Part shown: one piece after another, positions 35,707-49,700 of the stretch
Layout: every line of letters starts with the position of its first letter
How positions within the stretch are numbered: position 1 is the stretch's first letter
DNA from: Basidiobolus meristosporus CBS 931.73
Lineage: Eukaryota > Fungi > Basidiobolomycota
DNA: 64,000 nucleotides
Reading direction: 5' to 3'
Assembly (NCBI GenBank): GCA_002104905.1
Contig: MCFE01000452.1
Span: 1-64,000 of the forward strand
The notes under the pieces: model-generated
The model's database searches: none
The model's input: the letters and a program-made list of their open reading frames with translations, nothing else
Told to the model about the DNA's origin: nothing
Translations under genes and position numbers: made by a program

Positions 35707-38630
35707 TGTTGAAATATTGAGCTATTTGGCATCATTCAATACCTAAAAATTTATCTTGCAACTCTGACTGGTCTTGATCACTGTAGAGCTATTTTTGCAG
35801 CCCTAATTTTGCCACTTCCTATTATATTTTGATTCTGTGTCAATTCCTTCACAGTTAAGATTAAATCAGCACTTTTACCAAACATTATGAACTCACTCTA
35901 AAATTGTTAGAGAATGCTCCTGAGTGCAGAGAAAATATCTTTCTTAGTGTTACAGTTGTATTGCTTCTACTAAGGCACAAATATTGAGCTTCTTTATGAA
36001 TAAATATCAGCTCAACTATTACCACGACTTGTAAAGAAGTTTTTTCTACTCAAAACACTTCTTAAATTGCAACAGGTTATGAGCCCTGATTGCCTTAATC
36101 TAATTTAAAGATGACATCTACCGGTAAACCAAACAATACAAATATCTTCCCTGTAAAGGAGATGTGTGATGGAAGGAACTTCAGACTTTCAACTATCACA
36201 ATGCATATTGACCTTGGGGAAAGTAAGCTTTGAATATAGTAACAGAAAAGGAAGTTGAGCCCTCAGGAACAGCAGAAGAAGCTGAAAAGTTTCAAGAGAT
36301 GGAGAAAAAGTCTTTACTGCCATGTGTATCAATGTGCAAGATTTCTTCATTGGATAAATTCACGCTTCATTACTGCCAAAGCAGCATAGGAACTCCTAGA
36401 GAAGATCTTTAGAGCAAAGTAAGTATCAAGCAAGCTTCATTCCACAAGAAAGTTCTTCAACATGAGGAGGAAGCCAGATGATAACATGCTACAACTCATT
36501 ATCAGAATGGAAACACTTGCAGAAGAGCTTTACAGCTGGTATATATGACAAAGAAAAGATACTCTGTCTGCTTTGCAGCTTACAAGACAAGTATCAGCTA
36601 CTCAATCTTTCTTTTGGAAGGCAAGACAACAAACTAACATTAGACTACATCAAAGGAGAAATTTTTCATGAAGAGCTCAGACATAATGACCAAGCAGAGA
36701 ACTTGAAGTGATTGCTTTCTATAGCTCAGAGAGGCACACAGAAAACATGGGAAAGCAACAGAACCAGAGAAAACCTGGTTGCTCTAACTAATGCAAGAAG
36801 CCAGCACACTGGGCAAGCAAATGCAGGGAGACACAAGCATGTAACAAACAGAAGCTAAAGCAGGCTGAAAATACAATTATAGATGAACAGTTTTTTTTAA
36901 CTCTACAAGAGAGTGCAAGTAAACACAGCAATGCATGGTATATAGAGTCTGAAGCATCAAAGGATATTTGCAGTATACAGGAGTAGCTTGGCAACTTCAT
37001 TACTTTTCCCCTAAGGGAGGTTTATCTGGGATGCAACTCTGCACTTGAAGTTACTGCCAGTAGGTCCATAATACTAACATCTTTGCCGCCAACCAGACAA
37101 GTATGAGCCACTCATACTTTCTTTTAAAAGCAGAGAAGACAATCTGAGGCTAGACAATGTCAAAGGAAGACTTCTCCATGAAGAGCTCAGATGCCATGAT
37201 CAAGCACAGAGATTGAAGACAATGCTTTTTTCAACTCAGAAAGGCACACATAAGAGAAGGGAAGGCCACAAATCCAAGGAAATCCTGGTTGCTCTAACTG
37301 CTGTAAAAAGCCAGGACAATGGGCAAGAGATTGAAAGTAGAAATAAGCCAGCGAAAACAGAAGCTGTAGTAGGCAAGCCATATAACTACAGATGAACAGT
37401 TGATTGTAACTATACAAGAGAGTGCAAGTAGCCAAAGTAATGAACAGTATAGTGACTCTGGAGCATCACTGCATATTGGTGGTAGACAGGAGTAGTTAAG
37501 CAACTTCAATACTTATCCCATAAGTAAGGTTTATCTGGGAGATAACTCTGAGCTGGAGGCTACTACCTGTGGGTCCATACAACTAAATATGAGTGATATC
37601 TCAGGTGCTAATACAGCAAAACTAACTGAAATACCTTATGTGCCTGTAATAGCCCATAATCTACTCTCAGTAAGTAAAGCAACTACTCAGGGACTGAGTT
37701 TGTTTTTACCTGATTGAGCTGCTCAATATTGAGTGAAAATGGAGATATGTTATCTTGGAATCAGAGTTCACAGCCCATACAAGTTACAATGCAAGATCAT
37801 TATACCTTAGTAGGTCAACATTGCTAAAACTGATGCAAATAACTGGGAGATGAGGTATAGAAGGATAAGACACATTGGGGAATGGAAAATTTGTCAATTG
37901 GTGAAAAATCAACTTCTTTTGGGATTAGGTTACTGAACTCTAGTAAAGCCAAGTGTCTGTAAGGGATGAATTTGTGGCAAACAATCTAGGCCACTTTGCA
38001 GGAGCTCAGTAGGAGCTAACACCCCCAGTATACTGGCTATAATACACTCGGACATATGTAGGCCCTTGAGAACATTGTCCTTCAGAGCCAAGAGATACTA
38101 TATGACATTTATTGAAAACATAACAAGATATATATGGGTATACTTCCTCAACACAGTGGCTTAGGCTTTAGAGGTGCTTAGGCACTTCAAGAACATGGCA
38201 GAAGCACAGACCAGATTTAATATGAAGGTACTTTGAAGTGATAATGGAGGGGGAAAACACTTGGAGGAGTTCTGAAAGTACCTCTCAACTATTGTTATCC
38301 TTCAACAGACCACTGTTCCACATATTGCATGGCAAAATGGGTAGCTGAATGTAGAGATTGGAAGATTTGTGATACACAAGAAGAAAATGAAATACAGGTT
38401 CTGGGCTGAATCTGCTTCTACTGTGATAAACACTGAAAGTAGATTCTCAACATCAGCACTGTGTGATTCTACAACCATAGAAGCATATATAGGCAGAAAA
38501 CTAGACTTCCAGCACTACAGGATATTTGGCAGTCATGTTATCTATTACATCCCTAACAAAAAATGCTTAATGTTCTAGCAAAGAAGTCGAAAAGGAATCT
38601 TTCTTTGCCATTGTAAAAATACCAAGAGCT
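35707..38630 (+). mobile_element. Degenerate Copia-B remnant (LTR 35707-36074, PBS, gag/PR/IN) with an internal duplication
   Basis: LTR is the reverse complement of 42017-42385. GGTTATGAGCCC at 36075. The gag-PR segment occurs twice (~36590-37070 and ~37095-37570). Confidence 0.82.
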
Positions 38631-39864
38631 TATTGACCCAAGGTTTGGAAAACTTATTCTTACCAACAGCTGAGTTAAGGGCTGTGTAGTCAATGCGCAT
38701 CTTAATTGCTCCATCCTCCTTTTCACAAACAACACTGGTGCTGCCTAAGGTGGCTTGTAGATCTAGATGTGTCCTAACACCAATGGTTGATCAAGTTGTC
38801 TCACCTTCACTTCCAACCCCAAGGAGCACATCCTGTAAGATATTTTGCTTACTGAGGGACTATCTCTTGTGTCAATGGCATGAGCTACATCTTTGACTAA
38901 GGGTAGGCTTACAAATTCCTCTGAAAACAAATCTTAATATATCTTCAGAAGAGTCAGGACTTGTGGGGGAACTGGGGTCTAGTAGGTAACAGCTCATAGG
39001 TCTTATTGTCTGCCAGGATCTGAGCAGCATGGGGTCTCAATTCAATGGATGGATTACAGGTGTGTAACCATTTTTTCTAAGTATTTGGTTATATTGGCAG
39101 CTTCCGCATATGTAGGACTGTATATCTTCTTCATGGTCATTGATCTTCATTCTTACTTGTGGAGTGACACAGTTGATTATATGGGAGATAGTATCAGCTG
39201 TTAAGGCTGAAGTTAACTTGGTAAGTTCCAAGTAGATTCCAGCTGTCTAGGCAAAATGCTCTGACATGTACTTGTGTGATGTTCCTGAGTCAACCATGCT
39301 CTTTGTAGGTACTCCATTGATGACTCCACTAATGTACAATAGTTTGCTGAGTTTAAAGTCCTTTGGATAGGTACTCTTATATCATATTGAAGGAGAGTTC
39401 TGAGTCTGCTGACAGCTCATCCTCTACTTCAATATCTTCTTGGGTGTAAATACAGTTGAGAATTTGACAGCTTGAAGGGGGCTCCTTTTTTCTTCAGCAG
39501 GAGGATTACCAATTAATGCTGCTACCAATGTTACATGTCTTGTTATAAGAGTAGTTGAGGAATAGTGAGTTTAGCTAGTATTGTATTGGCTAAAACATCC
39601 ACCAATCATTATTATGATTCCAGCAGCTCCTGATATACTTTTGCCAGATCATTTGGTGTCTAGTTGTATTCCCTAATGTGAGTTATAGCTGATGCTCTTT
39701 TGATTGCATCATCATTATTCAACTTGATCTTACTTAATATATCTATTACTATCTGACAAGGATATGCTGATTCATATGCTGAAATTCTGAGAGACTAAAC
39801 ATAAAGCATATTGAATTGACTAAAAGCTGATCTAACTTGGATATATGAGCACTAGATCATGACA
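38630..39864 (-). mobile_element. Deleted Gypsy remnant (5' LTR 39529-39864, PBS, protease and RT start)
   Basis: Reverse strand reads TGTAACA-TTGGTAGCAGCA as at 51804-51822. LYxxGVINGVP protease and LFVKxxDGxxRMxIDY RT homology. Confidence 0.8.
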
Positions 39865-39893
39865 ATAAGAAGCATAAATATGTGACTGCCTAT

Positions 39894-40261
39894 TGTTACA
39901 AGTCTTGATATAATAGCTATTTGGAAATGCAAAATTTAGTAAGTATTTTATTTACTAAAGCTTAAACTGATTCTTACTGTGGTTCCAGTAGCTTCTTATA
40001 TACATCTTGCCAGATAAATTGAAGACTGATTGTATTTCCTAATATAGCTTGTGGCTGATGACTCATCTAATGGCATCATCATCACCCATTTAGCTCTCAC
40101 TTAATACACCTATTTCTCTCTGGTAAAGATCTGCTGATTAGCTGCTAACTATAACTACCGATTTCATTGATGATACTTAGATAGTGATTGGCTTAACATA
40201 AAGTTGACTGGTTTGACTAAGAGTTGGTCTAACTGCAACATTCAAGCAGCCTGTAATGACA
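39894..40261 (-). repeat. Divergent Gypsy-family LTR
   Basis: Homologous to 30750-31117 along its length. Confidence 0.8.
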
Positions 40262-40569
40262 AGTTAAACCTAACAGCAAATTACATTTGTTTTACCTGAA
40301 TATACACTGTGATGGATATATTTGACTTTGACTATTTTGTCACCCAGTATTAAATTAAGAAGAAACAAACTTGAAGATTATAATAATTTTGCTGGTGGCA
40401 GTTGCATAAAAAACTGCATTGGTGGCACAAGCTGAGATAATGAAGAGCAAACTCTTGAAAATTTCCTATTAAGTGGGTTTGCAAAGGCAAGTTTACAACA
40501 AGTCTTTTAAAAAAGCATCACACATTATTAGGTAGCCGAAAGATTTTGCAAATAAGCTACACACAGTAT

Positions 40570-41440
40570 TGATCATAAATAAATGCACCCCAGATTTCAC
40601 CAAGAAATTGGTCAAAATCTCTTATCACAACAATGCAAGAGTGGCTTTAGATTAGACTTGTTGCGCTGTATAGTGCCACATTGAGCCATGAGTGCTAAAT
40701 GATGCCATAGTGTTCCAGAGAGGCCAAGGGAGCCTATATTTGGCCACAGAGTGTGAAACATAGATCTGCATATTCATGCAAAGCAGCCCCTGTGTTTCAC
40801 CTATGATGCAGGAGAAAATCCATTTTTTGACGTTTTTTTGCGGATCAATGTTATGTAGGATGTGTAAGTGCATAGAAGAGCTGAAGACATGCATCAGGTA
40901 CTCAATACCCATGGCACTCTGAATCTAGCTCCTGTGGCTTTTAACATGCCACAAAAATGCATGGCACTATCTTGGTCCACAACCTTCAGAGTTCTTGACA
41001 TTGTTTCTTTGTCTGTAAGTGGGATCTCCACTCTGTCAACAAAGGAGGGCATGGAGGCAGTGGTAGACAAGTTGCCTTTCTCTGTATACTCAGCTACCTT
41101 ACTGGAGCTCAGCTCAACTGTCTGTGCATCCTTCAATTGTGTAAACAGCTCTTTTCTTGTTAGTAGGTATTCTTGGCAATGATGAGAATCAGTCTGCTCT
41201 GGGCTAATGGCACTAACTGGCAAGAACTTCAGCTTTCCTCATAATCTTCCTAGTCTCTAGCTTGGGTAGACTATTATGCCTTTGACTTTTCCTTTATTAG
41301 TGCTAGATCTTTCACTGCTAATTGGTCTGGGTGCTTCTTGTATTGAGCTATATTTTCTCCTTGATAAATGCTGCTCTGATGCTTCTGTTCGGGCCTGTTT
41401 GTCTCTTACTGGCACTCTGCAGATAACCCAAAGCTTCTTC
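40570..41440 (-). pseudogene. CACTA-like subterminal and ORF2 remnant
   Basis: 40575-40650 resembles 7455-7530. ORFs 40868..41223 correspond to the ORF2 C-terminal region. Confidence 0.65.
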
Positions 41441-42016
41441 CATTACAATTTAAGAAGTGATATGGATACAAGGAACTTATCCAGAAATAGTGATATTAGT
41501 TGACCTGTTGCTTATTCATAAGAAGCAGTGTTTGTACCTTTGTAGAAGCAATACAGGTGTAACACCAATAAGGAGGGTTTCTTGACAATCAGGAGCATTG
41601 GGTAACAGCTTCAGGGTTAGTACATAATGGTTGATAAAAAGTGTTAATTTGATCATCACTATAGGGGAATAATCATAAGATCACATATGTGAAGAAACTC
41701 TCAAAGTTGGGGCTGCATATTAGTCCTACAGTCAACACAACTAGCTTAGAGATGTTAAACTTTTATCTGCTGAATGATACCATATAGTCAAATATTTCAA
41801 CAGATAAAAGGATCTTATCAAGATATAATGACAATAGTTGAACAACACCCCCCCTCAGCTAAAGAATTTCTTATTCCTAATTCCTTTCTGAGATTCTCAA
41901 ATTGTGGTCTAGCCAGTGGTTTTGTCATTATATCTGCCACTATTTTGTCAGTTGGACAGTAAACTAAATCTTCTAAGTAATTTTCTACAGCTTCCCTCAC
42001 AGAGTGGTGTTGAACA

Positions 42017-45000
42017 TGTTGCAATTTAAGAAGTGATTTGGATATAAGGAACTTATCAAGAAATAGTGATAATAGTTGAACTGTTGTTTATTCATAAAGA
42101 AGCTCAGTATTTATACCTTTGTAGAAGTAATACAGCTGCAACACTAAGTAGGGAGGGTTTCTCAATACTCAGGAGCATTCTGTAACAGTTTCAGGGTTAG
42201 TACACAATGTTTGGTAATAGTGCTAATTTGATCCTGACTATAGGGGAATAATCATAAGATCATATATCTAGAGAAAGTGGCAAAGTTAAGGCAGTAAATG
42301 AGTCCTACAGTGACTAAGACTAGCCTAGAATTGTTAAGTAAATTTTCAGCTGCCAAATGATACCAAATAGTCCAATATTTCAACACTCCCCCTCAACTAA
42401 ATAATTTCTTAATCCCAATTTCTCTCTAAGGATCTCAAACTGTGGCCTAGCTAGTGGTTTTGTCAATATGTCTGCCACCATTTTGTCAGTTGGGCAGTAA
42501 ACCAGCTCTACTAAGTTATTTTCTACAGCTTCCTTCACAAAGTGATGCTGTATATCAATGTGCTTAGTTCTGGCATGATTAGTAGGATTTCTAGCTAATG
42601 AAACACAACTTTGATTATCCTTGTAAATACATGTTGGTTCACCTGAATTAAAACCTAAGTCTTTGAATAATTTTCGTAGCCATATAGCCTCCTTAGTTGC
42701 TTGACATGCAGCCATATATTCGGCTTCAGTTGTAGATAGTGCCACAGTTGGTTGTTTCTTGCAATTCCAAGTAATAGCTGCACCAGCATAAAGAAATACA
42801 TAGCCTGTGGTAGAGCGTCTGTCAATCAAATCCCTACCCCAATCTGAATCACTATAACCATCAAATTTTTGCCTATTAGCTGCTCCAGAGTATTCCAGTA
42901 CCATATTTATTGTACCTTGTAGATATCTGAAAATCTGCTTAACTGCTGCAATTTGATCTGATCCATAATTCTGCATAAATTGACTGACTATTCCAACTGC
43001 TACTGCAATATCTGGACGTGTAGACACCATCAAGTACATTAGGCTACCAACCATTGATTGATAGGGAAAGTTTTGGTCCATATTTGAGCCGTTTTCATCT
43101 ATAACTGGCTGAGATTTGCTTAATCTCAGGTTATTGTCCATAGGGGTTGCTGCAGGCTTGCAATTTTCCATTTTGAAGCATCTAAGAATGTCCCTGATGT
43201 ACTTAGACTGATTCAGCACAATTTTCTGCGTAGGTATGTCAAATTTGACCTGAATTCCAAGAAAATAGCTCAATTTTCCAAGATCTTTCATCTCAAACTT
43301 GCTGAAGAGATCTGATTTCGTCTGTTTAAGTGCCTCTTGATCACTTGTAGCTATAATTAGGTCGTCCACATAAAGAACTAGGATAATCACACCCTTTTTG
43401 AGCTGTTTCACATATATACTGTGATCTGCAGTGCTACGAGAGAACCCAATTTCCTCTAGATATGTGTCAATCTTGTTATACCATGCTCTGGGTGCCTGCT
43501 TAAGCCCATACAACAATTTTCTAAGTTTGCACACCTTATGGGGGCTTTTTGGATCGGTAAAACCTTCTGGTTGCTCCATATATATAGTTTCTTGCAAATC
43601 CCCATTTAGAAAGGCTTCTTTGACGTCCATTTGGTGTAGATCTAGACTGTGTACAGCTGCCAGGGCTAGAACTGTCCTAATAGAGTTAAACTTGGCAACC
43701 GGAGCAAATGTTTCCTTAAAGTCTAGTCCCTGGATCTGGGAATAGCCTTTAGCTACCAATCTAGCCTTGTACTTATCAACGGCACCATTTGAGGTTATCT
43801 TGATCTTGTAGACCCATCTACATCCTATTGGCTTTCTCCCATTTGGTAAATCTACCAGTTCCCATGTTTTTGCCTTGATCAGTGATTGGTACTCCTCCTG
43901 CATGGCTTGTTGCCACTTAGTAGCATCTGGACCTTGCATTGCCTGTTCCAGATTCTGAGGTTTGGCACATAAGGCAAGATAAGCTTCTTCATGATCATTG
44001 GATGTCTGCCACCAGGATCCAGGGGCATTTCTTATTCTGGTAGATCACCTAACTGGGATAATCTGTTCTGATCTGGAACTGGTAGAAGTATCTTCCATCT
44101 CTGGCTGGATTTGGTACGTATCTTCCTCATTTGTGTTGATTGCATCATCAGGCAGCTGGCCAATGATTTCTGTGGCTTTCTGATCTGAATTCTCCTCAAA
44201 TACAACATCCCTGCTCTTGATCAGCTTCTGAATTTTGCCATCATACACTCTATACCCTTTAGTATCTTCACAATACCCAAGAAAGATCCCTTTTCTACTC
44301 TTTGGTTCCAACTTTGAGCGTTTTTTGTCAGGGATGTGATAAAAAACATCACTGCCAAAGATCCTGAGGTGCTGGAGATCTGGTTTTTTGCCTGTATATG
44401 CTTCAAAGGGTGTAGAATCACGTAGTGCTGTTGTTGGGCATCTGTTCTTGATGTATACAGCGGTAGCAACAGATTCAGCCCAAAACTTGTAGTCCATTCC
44501 CTTATCATGTAGCATAGATCTTCCCATCTCTACTATTGTTCTATTTGCACGTTCTGCTACTCCATTTTGCTGTGGAGTATGAGGAACTGTGGTCTGTTGA
44601 AGTATACCAGTAGACAAGCAGTATTTTGCAAACTCCTTTGAGCAGTATTCTCCTCCATTGTCACTTTGTAGTACCTTCAATTTACACCCAGTTTGTGTTT
44701 CTGCCATGTTCTTGAAGTGCTTAAACGTCTCTAAAGCTTCATCCTTTGTTTTGAGGAAGTACACCCATGTATATCTTGTCTTGTCATCAATAAACGTCAT
44801 AAAGTATCTCTTGGCTCCAAAGGACAGTGTTCTCATGGGGCCACATATGTCTGAGTGTACAATAGCCAATATTTTGGTAGTATTGATGCCTTCTGAGCTC
44901 TTGAAACGTTGCCTAGCTTGTTTGCCATATGAACATCCCTTACAAACATTCAATCTGATCGGAATTGAGTATTTTAGGCCCAAAACAAGCTGATTTTTCA

Positions 45001-46703
45001 CCAATTGGCTCATTTTCTGTTCCCCTATGTGTCCTAGCCTCCTATGCCACGTCTCCCAGTTGGTTTCATCAGTTTCAGCAATGTTGACATACTCAGGTAC
45101 AATGATCTTGCATTGTAACTTGTATATATTGTGATCTCTGATTCCCAAAGCTAATTTGTGTCCATTTTCACTCAATATTGAGCAGCTCAGCTTAGTAAAA
45201 ACAAATTTCAGTCCCTGAGTAGTTGCTTTACTGACTGAGAGTAGGTTCTTAGCTATTCCAGGTACATAGAGTACGTCAGTCAGTTTTGCTGTTGTTGCCC
45301 CTGAGTTATCACTCATATTTAGTTGTATAGACCCACTAGCGGTAGCTTCCAATGCAGAGTTATCTCCCAGATAAACCTTTCTTACGGGAATAGTCTTTAA
45401 GTTGCTGAACCAATCCTTTATACCACAAATATGCTGTGATGCTCCAGAGTCAATATACCATTCATTACTTTGGTTACTTGCACTCTCTTGTACAGTGACA
45501 AATAACTGTTCATCAGTAGTTATATGGTTTGCCTGCTCTAGTTTCTGTTTTTCATCTGCTTGTTTCTTCTTGCATTCTCTTGCCCAGTGTCCTGGCTTCT
45601 TACAGTAGTTACAGCAGCCAGGTTTTCTTCGGTTTTGTTGCTTTCCCTTCTTTTCTGTATGCCTTTCTGAACTGAATAAAGCATTATCTTCAATTTTCTC
45701 TGCTTGATCATTACGTCTGAGTTCTTCATGGAGAAGTCTTCCTTTGACATAGTCTAAAGTCAAGTTGTCTTCTCTGCTTTCAAAAGAAAGTATGAGTGGC
45801 TCATACTCATCTGGTAGGCTGCAAAGCAGACAGAGTATCTTTTCTTCATCATCTACACCAGCATTAATACTGTAAAGTTCTTCTGCAAGTGTCTCCATTC
45901 TGGTAATGAGTTGTAGCACGTCATCATCTGGCTTTTTTCTCATGTTGAAGAACATTTCGTTTCAAATAAAGCTTGCTTGATACTGACTTTGCTCTAAAGA
46001 TCTTCTCTAAGGATTCCCATGCTGCTTTGGCAGTATTTGAGGCATGGATTTGTCCAATGAAGGAGTCTTGCACATTGATGCATATTGCATTGAAGGCCTT
46101 TCTCTCCTTCTCTTGAAACTTCTCCACATCTTCTGCTGTTCCTTTGGGCTCAACTTCCTTTCCTGTTACTATGTTCCAAAGCTTTCTTTCCTCAAGGTGG
46201 ATCTGCATCTTGATTCTCCAAAGTCTGTAGTTCTTCCCATCAAACCTCTCCTTTACAGGGAAGATGTTGGTATTGCTTTGTTTGCTGGTAGAAGTCATCT
46301 TTAGAATAGATTAAGGCAATCGGGGCTCATAACCTGTTGCAATTTAAGAAGTGATTTGGATATAAGGAACTTATCAAGAAATAGTGATAATAGTTGAACT
46401 GTTGTTTATTCATAAAGAAGCTCAGTATTTATACCTTTGTAGAAGTAATACAGCTGCAACACTAAGTAGGGAGGGTTTCTCAATATTCAGGAGCATTCTG
46501 TAACAGTTTCAGGGTTAGTACATAATGTTTGGTAATAGTGCTAATTTGATCCTGACTATAGGGGAATAATCATAAGATCATATATCTAGAGAAAGTGGCA
46601 AAGTTAAGGCAGTAAATGAGTCCTACAGTGACTAAGACTAGCCTAGAATTGTTAAGTAAATTTTTAGCTGCTGAATGATACCAAATAGTCCAATATTTCA
46701 ACA
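42017..46703 (-). mobile_element. Full-length young Ty1/Copia element (Copia-B, 4687 bp), 5-bp TSD GAACA
   Basis: 369-bp LTRs 42017-42385 and 46335-46703 differing at 5 positions by my count. GAACA on both sides. PBS and polypurine tract present. Confidence 0.97.
42380..46298 (-). pseudogene. gag-pol: Copia gag-pol, one frameshift (~45955) and one premature TGA (44045)
   Basis: ORFs 45924..46298, 44045..45955 and 42380..43939. CCHC knuckle, IDSGAS protease, GAG-pre-integrase WHRRLGH, DDE core, YVDD, RNase H. Confidence 0.95.
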
Positions 46704-49700
46704 GAACATCTATGTGCTTAGTTCTGGCATGATTAGTAGAACTACTGCTAATGAAAAACAATACTGATTATCTTTGTAAATACATGCTGGTTTATCTGAG
46801 TCAAAGCCTGAGTCTTGGAACAATTTCCATATCCATATAGCCTCCTTAGTTGCTTGGAAAGCATCCATATATTCAGCTTCAGTTGTAGATAGGGCCACAG
46901 TTGGTTGTTTGTTGCAATTCCAGGTAATAGCTGCACCAGCATAAAGAAATACATACCCATTGGTAGAGTATCTGTCAGTTAGATCTCTACCCAATCTTCA
47001 TCACTATAACCATCATATTCTTGCCTTTTAGCTGCTCCAGAGTATTCTAGTACCATTCTTATGGTACCTTGTAGATTTCTGAAAATCTGCTTAACTGCTA
47101 AAATTTGATCTGATCCATAATTCTGCATGTATTGAATGACTTTTCCAACTGCCACTGCAATATCAGGACTTGTAGACACCATGAAGTACATCAGGTTACC
47201 AACTATTGATTGATAGAGAAAGTTTTGGTTCATAATTGAGCTGTTTTCACCTAAAACTGGCTGAGATTTGCTCAATTGTAGATTATTTTCCATGGGGGGA
47301 GCTACAGGCTTGCAATTTTCCATTTTGAAGCATCTAACAATGTCACTGATGTACTAAGACTGATTCAGCACAATTCTTTATGTAAGTATGTCAAAATTCA
47401 CTTCAATTCCAAGAAAATAGTCCAATTTTCTAAGATCTTTCATCTCAAACTTGCTTGAGAGATCTGATATTGTCTGTTTAAGTGCCTTCTGGTCACTAAT
47501 AGCTAATATTAGGTTGTTCACATAAAGATCTAGAATGTTCACGCCCTTTTTGAGCTCTTTCACATATTTACTGTGATCTGCGGTGCTACAAATGAGCCCA
47601 ATCTCCACAAAGTTTGTGTCAATCTTGTTATACAATACTCTAGGTGCCTGTGTAAGCCCAAATAGCAGTTACCTGAGTCTGCACACCTTATGGGGACCTT
47701 TTGGATAGATAAAGCCTTTTCATTGCGCTGTATACATTGTTTCTTGCAAATCCCCATTTAGAAAGGCTGTTTTGATGTCCACTTGGTGTAGATCTGGACT
47801 GTGTACAGCTGCTAGGGCAAGAACTGTCCTAATGGAGTAAAACTTGGCAACCAGAGCAAATGTTTCCTTCAAGTCTAGTCCCTGGATCTGGGAATAGCCT
47901 TTAGCCACCAGTCTAGCCTTGTATTATTGACAGTATCATTGGAGGTTATCTTGATCTTGTAGACCCATCTACATCCTACTAGCTTTTTCCCATTTGGTAA
48001 GTTTATAAGTTCCCAAGTTTCTGCTGTGATCAGTGATTGGTACCCCTCCTGCATGGCTTGTTGCCACACGGTAGCATCTTGACTTTGCATTGCCTGTTCC
48101 TGACTCTGAGGTTTGGCACAAAAGGCAAGATAAGCTTCTTCATAATCATTGGATGGCTGCCACCAGGATCCAGGGGCATTTCTTATTCTGGTAGATCTCC
48201 TAACTGGCAAAATCAGCTCTGGCCTGGAGCTGGGAAATTTTCTTATCTATCTGACTGAATTTGGTATATATCTTTTTCATTAGTGTTGATTGCATCACCA
48301 GGCAGCTGACCAATGATTTTTGCGGTTTTCTGGTCTGAATTCTCCTCAAATGCAACATCCCTGCTCTTGATTAGCTTCTGAACTCCGCTATCATACACTC
48401 TATACCCATTAGTGTTGTCACAATTTCCAAGAAATATCTCTTTTCTACTCTTTGGCTCTAGCTTTGAGCAGTTTTTGTCATGAATATGATAAATGACACC
48501 ACTGCCAAAGATCCTGAGGTGCTGGAGGTCTGCTTTTTGCCTGTATATGCTTCAAAGGGTGTAATGTCATGTAGTGCTGTTGTTGGGCATCTATTCTTGA
48601 TGTATACTGTGGTTGCAATAGATTCAGCCTGAAACTTGTAGCCATTTCCTTGTTATGTAGCATAGATCTTCCCATCTCTACTATTGTTCTATTGGCATGT
48701 TCTGCTACCCCATTTTGCTGTGGAGTATGTGGAACAATGGTCTGTTGAAGTTTACCAGTAGATGAGCAGTATTTTGCAAACCCTTTTGAACAGGTTTCCC
48801 CCCCATCTTTGCTTCAGAGTATATTCAATTGATACCCAGTTTGTGTTTTGGCCATGTTCTTGAGGTGTTTGATTGTCTCTAAAGACTCATTCATTGTTTT
48901 GAGGAAGTATACCCATGTATATCTTGTCTGGTCATTAATAAAGTCATAAAGTTTCTCTTGGCTTCAAAGACCAGTGTACTCATGGGCCTGCAAATGTCTG
49001 AGTGTACAATAGCCTATATTTTGGTGTTGTTGATGTCTCCTGATCTCCTGAAATGTTACCTAGCTTGTTTGCCATGTGAAAATCCCTTACAGACACTGAA
49101 TATGATTGGAGTTGAGTAATTTAGGACTAAAACAAGCTGATTTTTCCCCAATTGGCTCACTTTCTGCTCCCCACTGTGTCCTAGCCTCCTATGTCATGTC
49201 CCCCCTTGGTTTCATCAGTTTCAGCAATGTTGGCATATTCAGGTACAATGATCTTGCATTGCAACTTGTATACACTGTGATCTCTGATTCCCAAAGCTAA
49301 TTTTTGTCCATTTTAACTCAATATTGAGCAGTACAGCTTAGTAAGAATAAATATCAGTCCCTGAGCCGTTGCTCTACTGACTTAAAGTAGGTTCTTAGCT
49401 ATTCCAGGTATGTAGAGTATGTCAGTTGGTTTTGCTGCAGTAGCTCCTGAGATATCACCCAAATGTAGCAGTATAGACCCACTAGTTGTAGCTTCCAGTT
49501 TAGAGTTGTCACTCAAATAAACCTTTTGTACACAAATAGTCTTTGAGTTGCTGAACCACTCTATTATACCACCAATATGCTGTGATGCTCCAGAGTCAAT
49601 ATACCATTCACTACTTTGGTTACTTGTACTCTGTTGTACAGTTACAAATATCTGTTCATCAGTAGTCATGTGGTTTGCCTGCTCCAGTTTCTGTTTTTTG

